A stretch of DNA of 53,417 bases, from assembly GCA_964456305.1 (NCBI GenBank), contig CAYWAT010000004.1, forward strand, positions 1 through 53,417, written 5' to 3'. Positions within the stretch are counted from its first letter, which is position 1. Each line of letters opens with the position of its first letter. A model generated the notes under the pieces. The model searched no databases, was not told the origin of the DNA, and saw only the letters and a list, made by a program, of their open reading frames with translations. A program made the position numbers and the translations under genes. Origin of the DNA: an uncultured Polyangiales bacterium. Its GTDB lineage: Bacteria > Myxococcota_A > Polyangia > Polyangiales > CAYWAT01. This document shows positions 27,237-35,715 of the stretch, piece by piece.

Positions 27237-27896
27237 ATGGTCTCCGTTGCCGATCTGCTCATCGATAGTAAGCTGTCTGCTAACTATTTTGCCCGTGACG
27301 TCTACGTACGCGGCACCCTCGATCTGGGGCTGCTAGAAAACCGCCGGGGAGATCGGCTACTGGCGCTGCCGGATACCCTCATCCGAGCGATCTATTCGGG
27401 GTTAGATCGAGAAACCGGTCAGGCTGCCATGCTGGTGCTCCACAACTGCGGTCGCTGGTGGGGCAAAAATTTTTACATGCGCTTTAGCGAAGAGCTGGCC
27501 GACTACCACGGTCAGTCAATACGTTCCCTACCTATGGCAGTGCTAATACAGGCCCTGCAGCAGTGCTGGCAAACCCACGGCTGGGGCCACATTGCCTTGG
27601 ACAATACCCACCAGGACCAGGGCTTTTTACTGATTACAACTGAAAATTCAAGCTTCGTACGCTACGCTCCCAAAATTGAGCGTCCGGTATGCTTTTTAGA
27701 GGCTGGCATACTGCAGTCATTTTTTAGTCAGTTAAGCGGGCGGGAACTACACTGTGTACAAACAGCTTGTGAATCGCTTGGTGCCGATCGTAATTATTTT
27801 GTGTTGGGGCTTAAACAACGTCTCTCCGTGGCAGAAACCTGTGTCGATCAGCAGCTCTCCCACCTCGAGATCATGGAAGCTCTAACGTCGGTGTAG
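27237..27896 (+). CDS. V4R domain protein (Slr0147-like)
   Basis: 'GLLENRRGDRLLALP', 'THGWG', 'PVCFLEAGIL...ELHCVQTACESLG'. Confidence 0.88.
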   Translation: MVSVADLLIDSKLSANYFARDVYVRGTLDLGLLENRRGDRLLALPDTLIRAIYSGLDRETGQAAMLVLHNCGRWWGKNFYMRFSEELADYHGQSIRSLPMAVLIQALQQCWQTHGWGHIALDNTHQDQGFLLITTENSSFVRYAPKIERPVCFLEAGILQSFFSQLSGRELHCVQTACESLGADRNYFVLGLKQRLSVAETCVDQQLSHLEIMEALTSV

Positions 27897-27920
27897 CTGC
27901 TAGAAACCTTTCCTCTCTCT

Positions 27921-29684
27921 GTGCTCCCTGATAGCATCCGGCGCTCCAACTATCGACGCCTCGGCCTGATTGGCAATGGTCAGTTTGGTCGTGTCTACTG
28001 CGCCATTCATCGTCATACCGGCCAGCTGGTAGCTCTGAAGCATCTCTACCGCTACAGCCTGCCGACCCGGGCTTTTCTGCGGGAGCTGCGCTGTCTGATG
28101 AGCGTTGAGCATCCCAATATTGTCACCTGTCAGGCTTTAGAACATAGCGATGACGGTCGCCTGCTAGTGCTTGAGTACTGTGCCGGGGGGACTTTGCGAT
28201 CGCACATGACCCAGGCAATTTTGCCCAGCAGCGACCAGCTGCTTTGCTACATCAGGGACATCTTGCAAGGCCTCGCCCATGCCCATCAGCAGGGCATTAT
28301 CCACTGCGATGTCAAGCCAGAAAATATTCTGCTGCACTATGCCCAGGACCGCTGGCAGGCCAAAATATCGGACTTCGGCATTGCCAAGCTGGTACAGGAC
28401 CGCCAGCAGGCTGGCGAGGCTTCTGGCTACACTGGTTCACCCGCCTATATGGCCCCGGAGCGATTTGACCGCTACTTTTCGCCCGCCGCCGATATCTATG
28501 CTGTCGGTGTAATTTTGTTCGAGCTGCTTGTGGGTCATCGGCCTTTTTCCGGCACGGCCCAGGATCTCAAACAGGCCCATCTAGAAACCCCGGTTCCTCG
28601 CCCCGAGCAGCTTAGCGGTCCGCTTAAGCCTATTATTCTGAAAGCGCTGGCCAAGCAGCCCGAACACCGTTACGCCAGTGCTGCCGACATGCTGGCGGAA
28701 ATAGACAGTATCCCTACCCTAGCCAGCCAGGTATTTACCTCTCCCTGCGCCTATTCCCATCAGGCTCCACAAATCTATCAGAGGCCCCCCCTGCGCAAAC
28801 TGCGTCGACCCATCAATCAGCTGATATCCACCTCCTCCTTAGGGCTAGTCTGGGCCCAGGGCAAACAGCTCCACGACTATCCTGAGGGGAGCTTCTCCCA
28901 CAGCAGCCATCAGACGTTGGACAGCCCGGTTCAAGGACTCTACATCTCAGACAAAAATATTTTTGTCAGTACCCTGCAGAGTCTGTGGCAAGGCAGCTTG
29001 CACCGTCGAGACCTGCTGACGCCAATCGCCCACTGGAAGTCTCCTACCCTCACCGTCGTAGATACCCGGTATGGATGGGTTGCCGCAGCGACCCCTCGAT
29101 ACAAGCGACTTACCATGGGGCTGCTACGCCAGCCTCGGCATATGCTTGCCTCCTGCTATCTGCCCCAGGCTAAAGACGTAGAGCAAATACTGCTGGTGGA
29201 CGCAGGTCACCTGGCCTTAGTAAGTCGGTCCGCAGGCAGTGGTACCCAGCTACATCTGTGGACCCGGCGCGGCCATGACCTAGGCAAGTTCACCCTTGGT
29301 ATTACCCTGCGGCACATCACGCCGACGAGCCGTCCGTATCAGTGGCTGGGGGTAGACGAGCGCAACACAAATACCATGGTGATTTTGCAGCTAAAGCCCC
29401 TGCGAATTACCTGCTTGGAAGTTGAAATTTCTCCCCGGTGGCTATTGGAGATGTCCTGGGGGTATCTCTTGGCCGATCGCCAGGGAAAGCTGCTCCTCCT
29501 CGACCGCGACGGCTATCCGGCAGGCTCTATCCATGGACCCGCCGATATTACTGCCATGACCCCCCTAACCGATCACCAGCTGCTCCTTGCCACCTGGCCA
29601 GAGTCCCACCCGTCCGATCGGCAGTCTCAAGGGCAGCTACATCAGCTCAACCTGAAGCAGTTTGATTTAGATATTCTGTTCTAG
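27921..29684 (+). CDS. Hanks-type Ser/Thr protein kinase with beta-rich C-terminal domain (SpkG-like)
   Basis: GNGQFG, VALK, HCDVKPEN, DFG and YMAPE motifs; last gene of the V4R operon. Confidence 0.9.
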   Translation: MLPDSIRRSNYRRLGLIGNGQFGRVYCAIHRHTGQLVALKHLYRYSLPTRAFLRELRCLMSVEHPNIVTCQALEHSDDGRLLVLEYCAGGTLRSHMTQAILPSSDQLLCYIRDILQGLAHAHQQGIIHCDVKPENILLHYAQDRWQAKISDFGIAKLVQDRQQAGEASGYTGSPAYMAPERFDRYFSPAADIYAVGVILFELLVGHRPFSGTAQDLKQAHLETPVPRPEQLSGPLKPIILKALAKQPEHRYASAADMLAEIDSIPTLASQVFTSPCAYSHQAPQIYQRPPLRKLRRPINQLISTSSLGLVWAQGKQLHDYPEGSFSHSSHQTLDSPVQGLYISDKNIFVSTLQSLWQGSLHRRDLLTPIAHWKSPTLTVVDTRYGWVAAATPRYKRLTMGLLRQPRHMLASCYLPQAKDVEQILLVDAGHLALVSRSAGSGTQLHLWTRRGHDLGKFTLGITLRHITPTSRPYQWLGVDERNTNTMVILQLKPLRITCLEVEISPRWLLEMSWGYLLADRQGKLLLLDRDGYPAGSIHGPADITAMTPLTDHQLLLATWPESHPSDRQSQGQLHQLNLKQFDLDILF

Positions 29685-29694
29685 ACACGTAGCC

Positions 29695-31338
29695 TCAGAG
29701 TCTTCTGCTAATGCGGCCTTCAATCCCGTTGGCGCGCAGCCAATCCAGTCGTTCCTGGGCCGTAGCTTCGTCGGCATAGGCACCTGCCTGCATATAGGTC
29801 CGCTGGTTAACCTGGGTACGAAAGGCGTCTGGTACTAGCTGGCGCAGGCTGCTGGCTGCCGACATCTCAACGAGCACTAAATAGGGTAGCGCCTGGGCTA
29901 GCAGCTCCATCCCCGGCGGTCGTAGACCTGTAGGGGCACCGCCGCTGCTGGGAATAGCGGCTCCAGGCACCTGGATGCGCTCGTCGGTAACCGGCAGCAG
30001 AATCAGGGGAGCGGCGGTTTCTGGGGTTGTATTGCTAGCTTGGTTGGGTATTTCAGACTGGGACTGAAATGGCACAACCGCCACGGGAATGCCAGGCTGA
30101 TTAGAGCTAGACAGGGCTAGGTCAGGGTCAGTGCTCGCACTTAACCGTTCAGTTTGCTCGGCTCGCTCCCGCTCGGTTGGCCCGGTCGCTAATCTTTCGG
30201 CTCGCTCCCGCTCGGCCTGCTCGGCCGCTAATCTTTCGGCCCGCTCCCGCTCGGCTTGTTCGGCGGCCAGTCTTTCGGCCTGCTCCCGCTCGGCCTGTTC
30301 GGCGGCCAGTCTTTCGGCCTGCTCTCGCTCGGCTCTTTGACGACGCAGCTGCTCTAATCTTGAGGCAATGGGAGGAGCCGAAGTCTCTGCTACAGCTGGG
30401 TCAGCTGGTTCCAAGTTGGCCGTCTCTTCCCCGGCAGAGGGCTCCGGAGCGCTGGCGACGCTAGCGGTGGTCTCCACCTGTCCATTGCGCTGATTGTCGC
30501 TGAGGACATTGTCTCGAATCAACGGCTGGGGATGGTTCCTCAGGACAATCCCGACCGCGTTATTCGCAATGCGATTATTCCGAATTGCAGGTGTAGCAGG
30601 GCTCTCTATGGTGACGCCGACCGCCGTGCGGTCAAAGTAGTTGCCCTGAACGACCGCCGAACCCTGACCCTCTAGCGCCAGACCAGTTTGACCGTTTTGA
30701 TAGAAATAGCTCCGTTCGATAATGGGAGACCCATTATCTACCTGAATCCCAACCGTAGCATTGGCCGTCAGCACGACCCCTCGAATAATAGGACTACCGC
30801 CCCTAACCCAGATACCCTGTCCCTCCGGGTTGGATATCAGCAGGTGGGCTATCCCGGAGCGATCGGCGGCCAGAACAGCGGTATTCGACCCAGTAGTAGC
30901 TTCTCTACCGCCCCCCACAATCCAGGTTCGTCTGGCCTGTCCGCTGTGCCCTTGCAGCGTGATACCAGGGCGCAGCTGCAGGGGAAACTGCTCTCCAGAC
31001 TCGCGACTGTATCGCCCGGGGGATAAAAGAATAACCGTGCTACCTGCTGGGGGAGCCTGGCTGAGGGCTTGGGTAATGGTTTGAAACGGCTGGCTCTCGC
31101 TGCCTGAGCCCTGGCTATCGCTCCCGTTTGATGGGCTGACATGCAGCACTGTATAGTCTCGTCTGACCTGGCTTGAGGCTGGGCTAGGTGCGGCCGTACT
31201 GGAGGAAGAACTAACTTGGATGCTGCTGTCACCGTAGGCGGGCAGTACTGCTAAAGAGCCCAGGGTAAGGACCAGGGCTGCTGAGCCTTGAGCCCAGCGG
31301 CAGCGGATATTCGGACATTTTTGCCTGGAGCGAACCAT
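29695..31338 (-). CDS. Secreted DUF1565 / parallel beta-helix protein with a charged repeat linker and SPOR-like C-terminus
   Basis: 'LHVSPSNGSD...GSESQPFQTITQAL...LSPGRYSRESGEQFPL', 'P.I..N' repeats, C-term 'MQAGAYADEATAQERL'. Confidence 0.82.
   Translation of the reverse strand: MVRSRQKCPNIRCRWAQGSAALVLTLGSLAVLPAYGDSSIQVSSSSSTAAPSPASSQVRRDYTVLHVSPSNGSDSQGSGSESQPFQTITQALSQAPPAGSTVILLSPGRYSRESGEQFPLQLRPGITLQGHSGQARRTWIVGGGREATTGSNTAVLAADRSGIAHLLISNPEGQGIWVRGGSPIIRGVVLTANATVGIQVDNGSPIIERSYFYQNGQTGLALEGQGSAVVQGNYFDRTAVGVTIESPATPAIRNNRIANNAVGIVLRNHPQPLIRDNVLSDNQRNGQVETTASVASAPEPSAGEETANLEPADPAVAETSAPPIASRLEQLRRQRAEREQAERLAAEQAEREQAERLAAEQAERERAERLAAEQAERERAERLATGPTERERAEQTERLSASTDPDLALSSSNQPGIPVAVVPFQSQSEIPNQASNTTPETAAPLILLPVTDERIQVPGAAIPSSGGAPTGLRPPGMELLAQALPYLVLVEMSAASSLRQLVPDAFRTQVNQRTYMQAGAYADEATAQERLDWLRANGIEGRISRRL
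30143..30334 (-). repeat. About five in-frame 39-bp (13-aa) tandem repeats, ERE(Q/R)AERLAAEQA
   Basis: Visible in the DNA (ctttcggc...gctcccgctcggc units) and in the translation. Confidence 0.9.
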
Positions 31339-31570
31339 GGCGTTTCTGGAGTAGGGTAAGACATTAGCCGGGAAGCTGTGGACCAGCCAGCTGACCGAGT
31401 TAATGTCCTGTTGATGTCTTGGGATTTTGGTTGGGCGCTAGCTATTTGTCAACCCTTTAAGCCTGCTTGAACGTAAATCGTTAGCTTATTGAGGGCTGAT
31501 TTAGAGGCTCCAGAGTTTACTAAAACAGAGCTGCTACCATGGGAAAGCCTTTGCCCAGATACTTTTTTGC

Positions 31571-32635
31571 ATGAATCCCCCGTCCGTTACCGATGCCCAC
31601 TCTCAGCAGATTCTTCACCGTATCCTGGATGCCAATCTAGACCGGGCTCGCGAAGGACTGCGTATTCTTGAAGAGTGGTGTCGATTTGGCCTAAACGACG
31701 CTGTTCTAACTGCTGAACTCAAGCACCTTCGTCAGACCTTGGGCAGCTGGCACAGCGATGCCATCCGCCAGGGGCGGGATACCCCAGGAGACCTAGGAAC
31801 CGGGCTTACCCATCCGCGCGAAGAGGATCGAGAGACCCTTCAATCCGTGGTTAGGGTGAACTGTAGCCGAGTACAGGAAGCGCTGCGGGCGTTAGAAGAA
31901 TATGGCAAACTCTATGCTGCCGAGATGGCCTCGGGGGCAAAGCAGATGCGCTATCGTCTCTATCATTTAGAAGGCCTACTGACGGGAGACAGACGACGTC
32001 AGCAGCTAGCTCAGGCCCGTCTTTATCTGGTGACATCGCCCCAAGAACGCCTGCTCGAAACCGTGGAAGCGGCCCTCAAGGGGGGCACCGACATTGTGCA
32101 GTATCGGGAGAAGTCGGCGGATGACCGGCTCCGTCTAGAGACGGCTGCCAAAATGAAGGACATCTGTCACCGCCATGGGGCTCTATTTATTGTTAACGAT
32201 CGGGTGGACATCGCAGCGGTTGTGGGAGCCGACGGCGTTCACTTGGGGCAGCAGGACATGCCGATGGAGGCTGCCCGTCGCATCCTTGGTCCGGGGCCAA
32301 TCGTGGGCCGTTCTACCACTAATCCCCAGGAGATGCAACGAGCCATTGATGAGGCCGCAGACTATATTGGCGTTGGTCCAGTTCATGCGACTCCCACTAA
32401 GCCAGGCAAGGCGGCAGCGGGGTATGACTATGTTCGCTATGCGGTGGAACGAGCTCCCATGCCCTGGTTTGCCATCGGGGGGATTGATTTGAGCAACGTT
32501 GCTGCCGTCTGTGATGCCGGAGCCTCTGGTGTAGCGGTGGTACGTGCGCTGATGGCAGCTGGCGATCCAACAGCGGCGGCGGCGGACTTTAGGCGGGTTT
32601 TGACCTGTGTGACGCCAGCTTTATCCCAGGGATAG
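31571..32635 (+). CDS. thiE: Thiamine-phosphate synthase (cyanobacterial long form)
   Basis: N-term 'RILDANLDRAREGLRILEEW'; 'VQYREK', 'NDRVD', 'GVHLGQQD', 'TPTKPG'. Confidence 0.96.
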   Translation: MNPPSVTDAHSQQILHRILDANLDRAREGLRILEEWCRFGLNDAVLTAELKHLRQTLGSWHSDAIRQGRDTPGDLGTGLTHPREEDRETLQSVVRVNCSRVQEALRALEEYGKLYAAEMASGAKQMRYRLYHLEGLLTGDRRRQQLAQARLYLVTSPQERLLETVEAALKGGTDIVQYREKSADDRLRLETAAKMKDICHRHGALFIVNDRVDIAAVVGADGVHLGQQDMPMEAARRILGPGPIVGRSTTNPQEMQRAIDEAADYIGVGPVHATPTKPGKAAAGYDYVRYAVERAPMPWFAIGGIDLSNVAAVCDAGASGVAVVRALMAAGDPTAAAADFRRVLTCVTPALSQG

Positions 32636-32712
32636 GACCGGCAGTATTTAGTGCCTATCTGTATTTAGTATCTATCTATAGTGTGTTGATCAGCTCAGGT
32701 AGTGAATCGTCT

Positions 32713-32967
32713 ATGAGTCAGTCAGATTCCCAACTTTCCCAATCCGGTTCTGCCTCCGGCCATTTATTGGCGCTTCAGGTGAATGGCCAGGTCCATCACT
32801 GCGCTCCAGAGACTGCTCTGCCAGATTTGCTGAGGCAGCTCAATATGGATCCTCGGCTCGTGGCTGTAGAGTACAACGGTGAAATTCTGCACCGCCAGTT
32901 CTGGGAGACTACGCTGATGCAGGCTGGCGACCGCCTTGAGGTCGTCACCATTGTGGGCGGCGGCTAG
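32713..32967 (+). CDS. thiS: Sulfur carrier protein ThiS
   Basis: 'QVNG', 'VAVEYNGEI', C-terminal 'EVVTIVGGG'; follows thiE. Confidence 0.93.
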   Translation: MSQSDSQLSQSGSASGHLLALQVNGQVHHCAPETALPDLLRQLNMDPRLVAVEYNGEILHRQFWETTLMQAGDRLEVVTIVGGG

Positions 32968-32991
32968 AGACGGCCCGGTTTCCCGGTAAAA

Positions 32992-33017
32992 TTTATCGCC
33001 TTTGTTTATCGCCTTTG
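32992..33017. repeat. Perfect 13-bp tandem duplication downstream of thiS
   Basis: TTTATCGCCTTTG x2. Confidence 0.9.
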
Positions 33018-33310
33018 TAAGAGGGGATTACCGTCCCTGTGGAAGCCACGCTGCTCAGACCAAACGCGTTAGAGTAATAGAGATTGTTAACCCACGATTC
33101 TAGCTGGAAATAGCATGCTTCCTGATGGTTGATGCCGATGCCCCGCTGGCGCTTCCCACAGCTGTAGAACAGCTACCAGGTTTGCGAGTTTTGGGCTGGA
33201 GCTTCTAGACGCTAGCGATGTGTGTTTCCCCAACTACGGGGCTACCAACGTTCTAGATCGGGCAGAACGGTGCTAAGCCAGCTCTCAATACCCTCTTCGA
33301 ACGATTTACG

Positions 33311-34264
33311 ATGAGATCACTGCAGCTAAAATCCCTTAGAACCTGGCTACGGCCTTTGCTGAGGCCAACCCTGGCGGTCTTGCTAGCCTGTGTTCTGCTC
33401 TTTTCTTCTGCTGATGCAGCCTGGGCGGCCCGCTCCGGCGGCCGCATCGGCGGCGGCAGCTTCCGAGCTCCCCGTCCCTCCTATAGCCAGCCCTATCGCT
33501 CTCCCTCCCGCAGCTATCAGTCCCCCAGGGGCTATTATCCGGGCGGCGGCTATGGCTTTGGTTTTCCATTCCTAGTGCCGTTCTTTGGCTTTGGCGGTGG
33601 GGGTGGCCTCTTTGGTCTGCTGATTTTCTTTGCGATCGCATCCTTTCTCGTTCGCACCCTGCGCTCCGTTACCGAGGGCGACGAATCAGGCTACAGTACC
33701 AATCCCAAAGTATCCGTGGCCCGGCTGCAAATTGGTCTGCTGGCCAAAGCCCGCCATCTACAGGACGATCTCAACCAGCTGGCTACCTCCGCCGATACCA
33801 GCTCGGCGGCCGGTCTGTCCCAGGTGCTGCAGGAGAGCACCCTATCCCTGCTGCGCCATCCGGAGTACTGGGCCTATGCCGATACCAACTCGATTGCGGC
33901 CCGTCTGACGTCAGCGGAGACTGAATTCAACCGCCTGGCGCTGACCGAGCGCAGCAAGTTTAGCCACGAGGCCGTCTCAAATGTCAACAACCAGCTGAAG
34001 GGGGCTAACCAGACTGCTTTAACCGACGGCAGCAGTCCCGCCGGAGACTACATCATTGCCACGCTGATTGTGGCCACCCAGGGGCAGCTATCCCTGCCTG
34101 ATATTCAGTCTGAGGACAGCGTCCGCACGGCCTTGAATCAGATAGGTGCTGTGCCCCAGGAACAGCTGATGGCGGTCGAGGTGCTGTGGACCCCCCAGGC
34201 CAGTGGCGAGACCCTGACCGCTGATGAAGTGCTGGCCCTTTATCCCAATCTGAAACTGGTCTAG
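33311..34264 (+). CDS. DUF1517 protein (FLAP1-like)
   Basis: 'ARSGGRIGGGSFRAP', Gly-rich TM segment, 'LLRHPEYW', 'ERSKF', 'EVLWTPQ...YPNL'. Confidence 0.88.
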   Translation: MRSLQLKSLRTWLRPLLRPTLAVLLACVLLFSSADAAWAARSGGRIGGGSFRAPRPSYSQPYRSPSRSYQSPRGYYPGGGYGFGFPFLVPFFGFGGGGGLFGLLIFFAIASFLVRTLRSVTEGDESGYSTNPKVSVARLQIGLLAKARHLQDDLNQLATSADTSSAAGLSQVLQESTLSLLRHPEYWAYADTNSIAARLTSAETEFNRLALTERSKFSHEAVSNVNNQLKGANQTALTDGSSPAGDYIIATLIVATQGQLSLPDIQSEDSVRTALNQIGAVPQEQLMAVEVLWTPQASGETLTADEVLALYPNLKLV

Positions 34265-34290
34265 CTCCCGGTTTAAGATTAGGCGGATTC

Positions 34291-34343
34291 TAGAAAATAG
34301 CCCCGGAACCAGGTCCAGAGCGACTTTGACCGGGGCTGTTCTA
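34291..34343 (+). terminator. Stem-loop after the DUF1517 gene
   Basis: TAGAAAATAGCCCCGG ... CCGGGGCTGTTCTA inverted repeat. Confidence 0.5.
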
Positions 34344-34494
34344 TGTTAAAAAATACAGTTTTTATCTATTCCAGGCAGACCTACGGACGGATCCAGGTAT
34401 ATTAGTTGCGGTTTCAGGCGAATACAGTAGCCGAAAACCAACTAATATGCTTAACTTTTGAACAATTCCGCGCCCGTTTTCTTCAAGCCGTCCT

Positions 34495-35586
34495 ATGCTC
34501 GTTCTGCTCACCCGCGTTCTTCTCTGGGCCACTGTCGGGCTGTTAATCTGGTACATTCTTACTAAGATTATCCCGCGTAAGTACCTGACCTGGTTTGGCG
34601 GCGTCGTTGTCCTAGTCATGTTAGTGGCTGCGTTTGCTGATCCTAACGACGAGACAATTGGCACTCTATGGCGGCTGCTTTCCCTGCCCCTGACTCCCCT
34701 AGGCGCTACGGTGCTGCTGCTAGGCTCCGCTGTCAGTGAGGGGGTAAAAAAAGTCAAAGGCCAGCAGGTTGCCACTGCCCTAGCAATTTTGCTAGTCACG
34801 AGTCTGCCAATCTTCGCTAGAGCCATTGTTGCCCAGTCAGAGCAGGCGATTCAGCAGGCCTATGAAGACCGGGCTGCCCAGTGTGAAGGCATATGCCCCG
34901 CCGACATCCGCCAGGCCAGGCTGGCCCTCACCGGAGCCATCGTCGTATTCGGCGATGATACGACCGGTCTTGGCGGCGATATCGCTTTTCAAAACGCCGA
35001 CGATCAGGCCTACAACTCCGACATTGTGCCTAGCCTAATCTACGCTAGTGGCCTTTATCGAGACGTGCGCAACGCCGGAGCGACACCGTTTGTGATTGTT
35101 ACCGCCGATCCCGGCGGCTCGGGGGACGAAAGCGAGGCCAAGCGCAGCAACATGCGCTCGATTTTGGTGAGTAACGGTGTGGCCCCTGCCGATATCCACT
35201 TTGAGTCCACCGGTCTCAACGTCTACGGCACCGCCTCGCGGGTTAAGCGATTTTTACGAGATCAGAACGTACTAGACGGTGGCGATCCCGACGAGGAGAC
35301 CGATCCTAGAGTCATGCTAGTCGCTCCGGCGGTCACCATGACTCGCACCGCTCTTACCTTTGAGCAGCTGGATATGCAGGCAATTGCCAAACCTACTAAC
35401 TTCTACGCTCCCAATCTCTGGTCCGGGGACGATGTGTTTGAGCGGCTTCCGGACCTAATCCCTAGCGTGGATGCGCTGCAGCTCAGCTCCCGCTACTGGA
35501 ATGAGGTCTTGACTTCCACCTACTACTTTCTCCGGGGCTGGCTGCCGGGCTTTAACTTTGGTTGGAATCCCAATATTGAGGTGTAG
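34495..35586 (+). CDS. Membrane-anchored YdcF/DUF218 (ElyC/SanA-like) protein, cyanobacterial type
   Basis: Four N-terminal TM helices, then 'AIVVFG', 'ILVSNGVAPADIHFE', 'MLVAPAVTMTR', 'IPSVDAL...YYFLRGW'. Confidence 0.7.
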   Translation: MLVLLTRVLLWATVGLLIWYILTKIIPRKYLTWFGGVVVLVMLVAAFADPNDETIGTLWRLLSLPLTPLGATVLLLGSAVSEGVKKVKGQQVATALAILLVTSLPIFARAIVAQSEQAIQQAYEDRAAQCEGICPADIRQARLALTGAIVVFGDDTTGLGGDIAFQNADDQAYNSDIVPSLIYASGLYRDVRNAGATPFVIVTADPGGSGDESEAKRSNMRSILVSNGVAPADIHFESTGLNVYGTASRVKRFLRDQNVLDGGDPDEETDPRVMLVAPAVTMTRTALTFEQLDMQAIAKPTNFYAPNLWSGDDVFERLPDLIPSVDALQLSSRYWNEVLTSTYYFLRGWLPGFNFGWNPNIEV

Positions 35587-35715
35587 AGAGGTATAGCCCC
35601 TAGCCCGGCTGAAAAAGCCATAGCCCTGCTGTGGTGGGTAGCGGTGGCTACCGCTTCGTCAGGGTACTAGGATAGGAGAGCGGCGACGGCTGCAAAATCT
35701 CTCTATACCGACTCT

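Noticed and set aside
30143-30334. 39-bp repeats as a possible CRISPR array
   Set aside because: The units are contiguous, have no unique spacers and are in frame within a protein. No cas genes are present.
31339-33310. Possible TPP riboswitch around thiE/thiS
   Set aside because: No CTGAGA...ACCTGA...TAATGC/AGGGA core is recognisable upstream of thiE or in 32968-33310.
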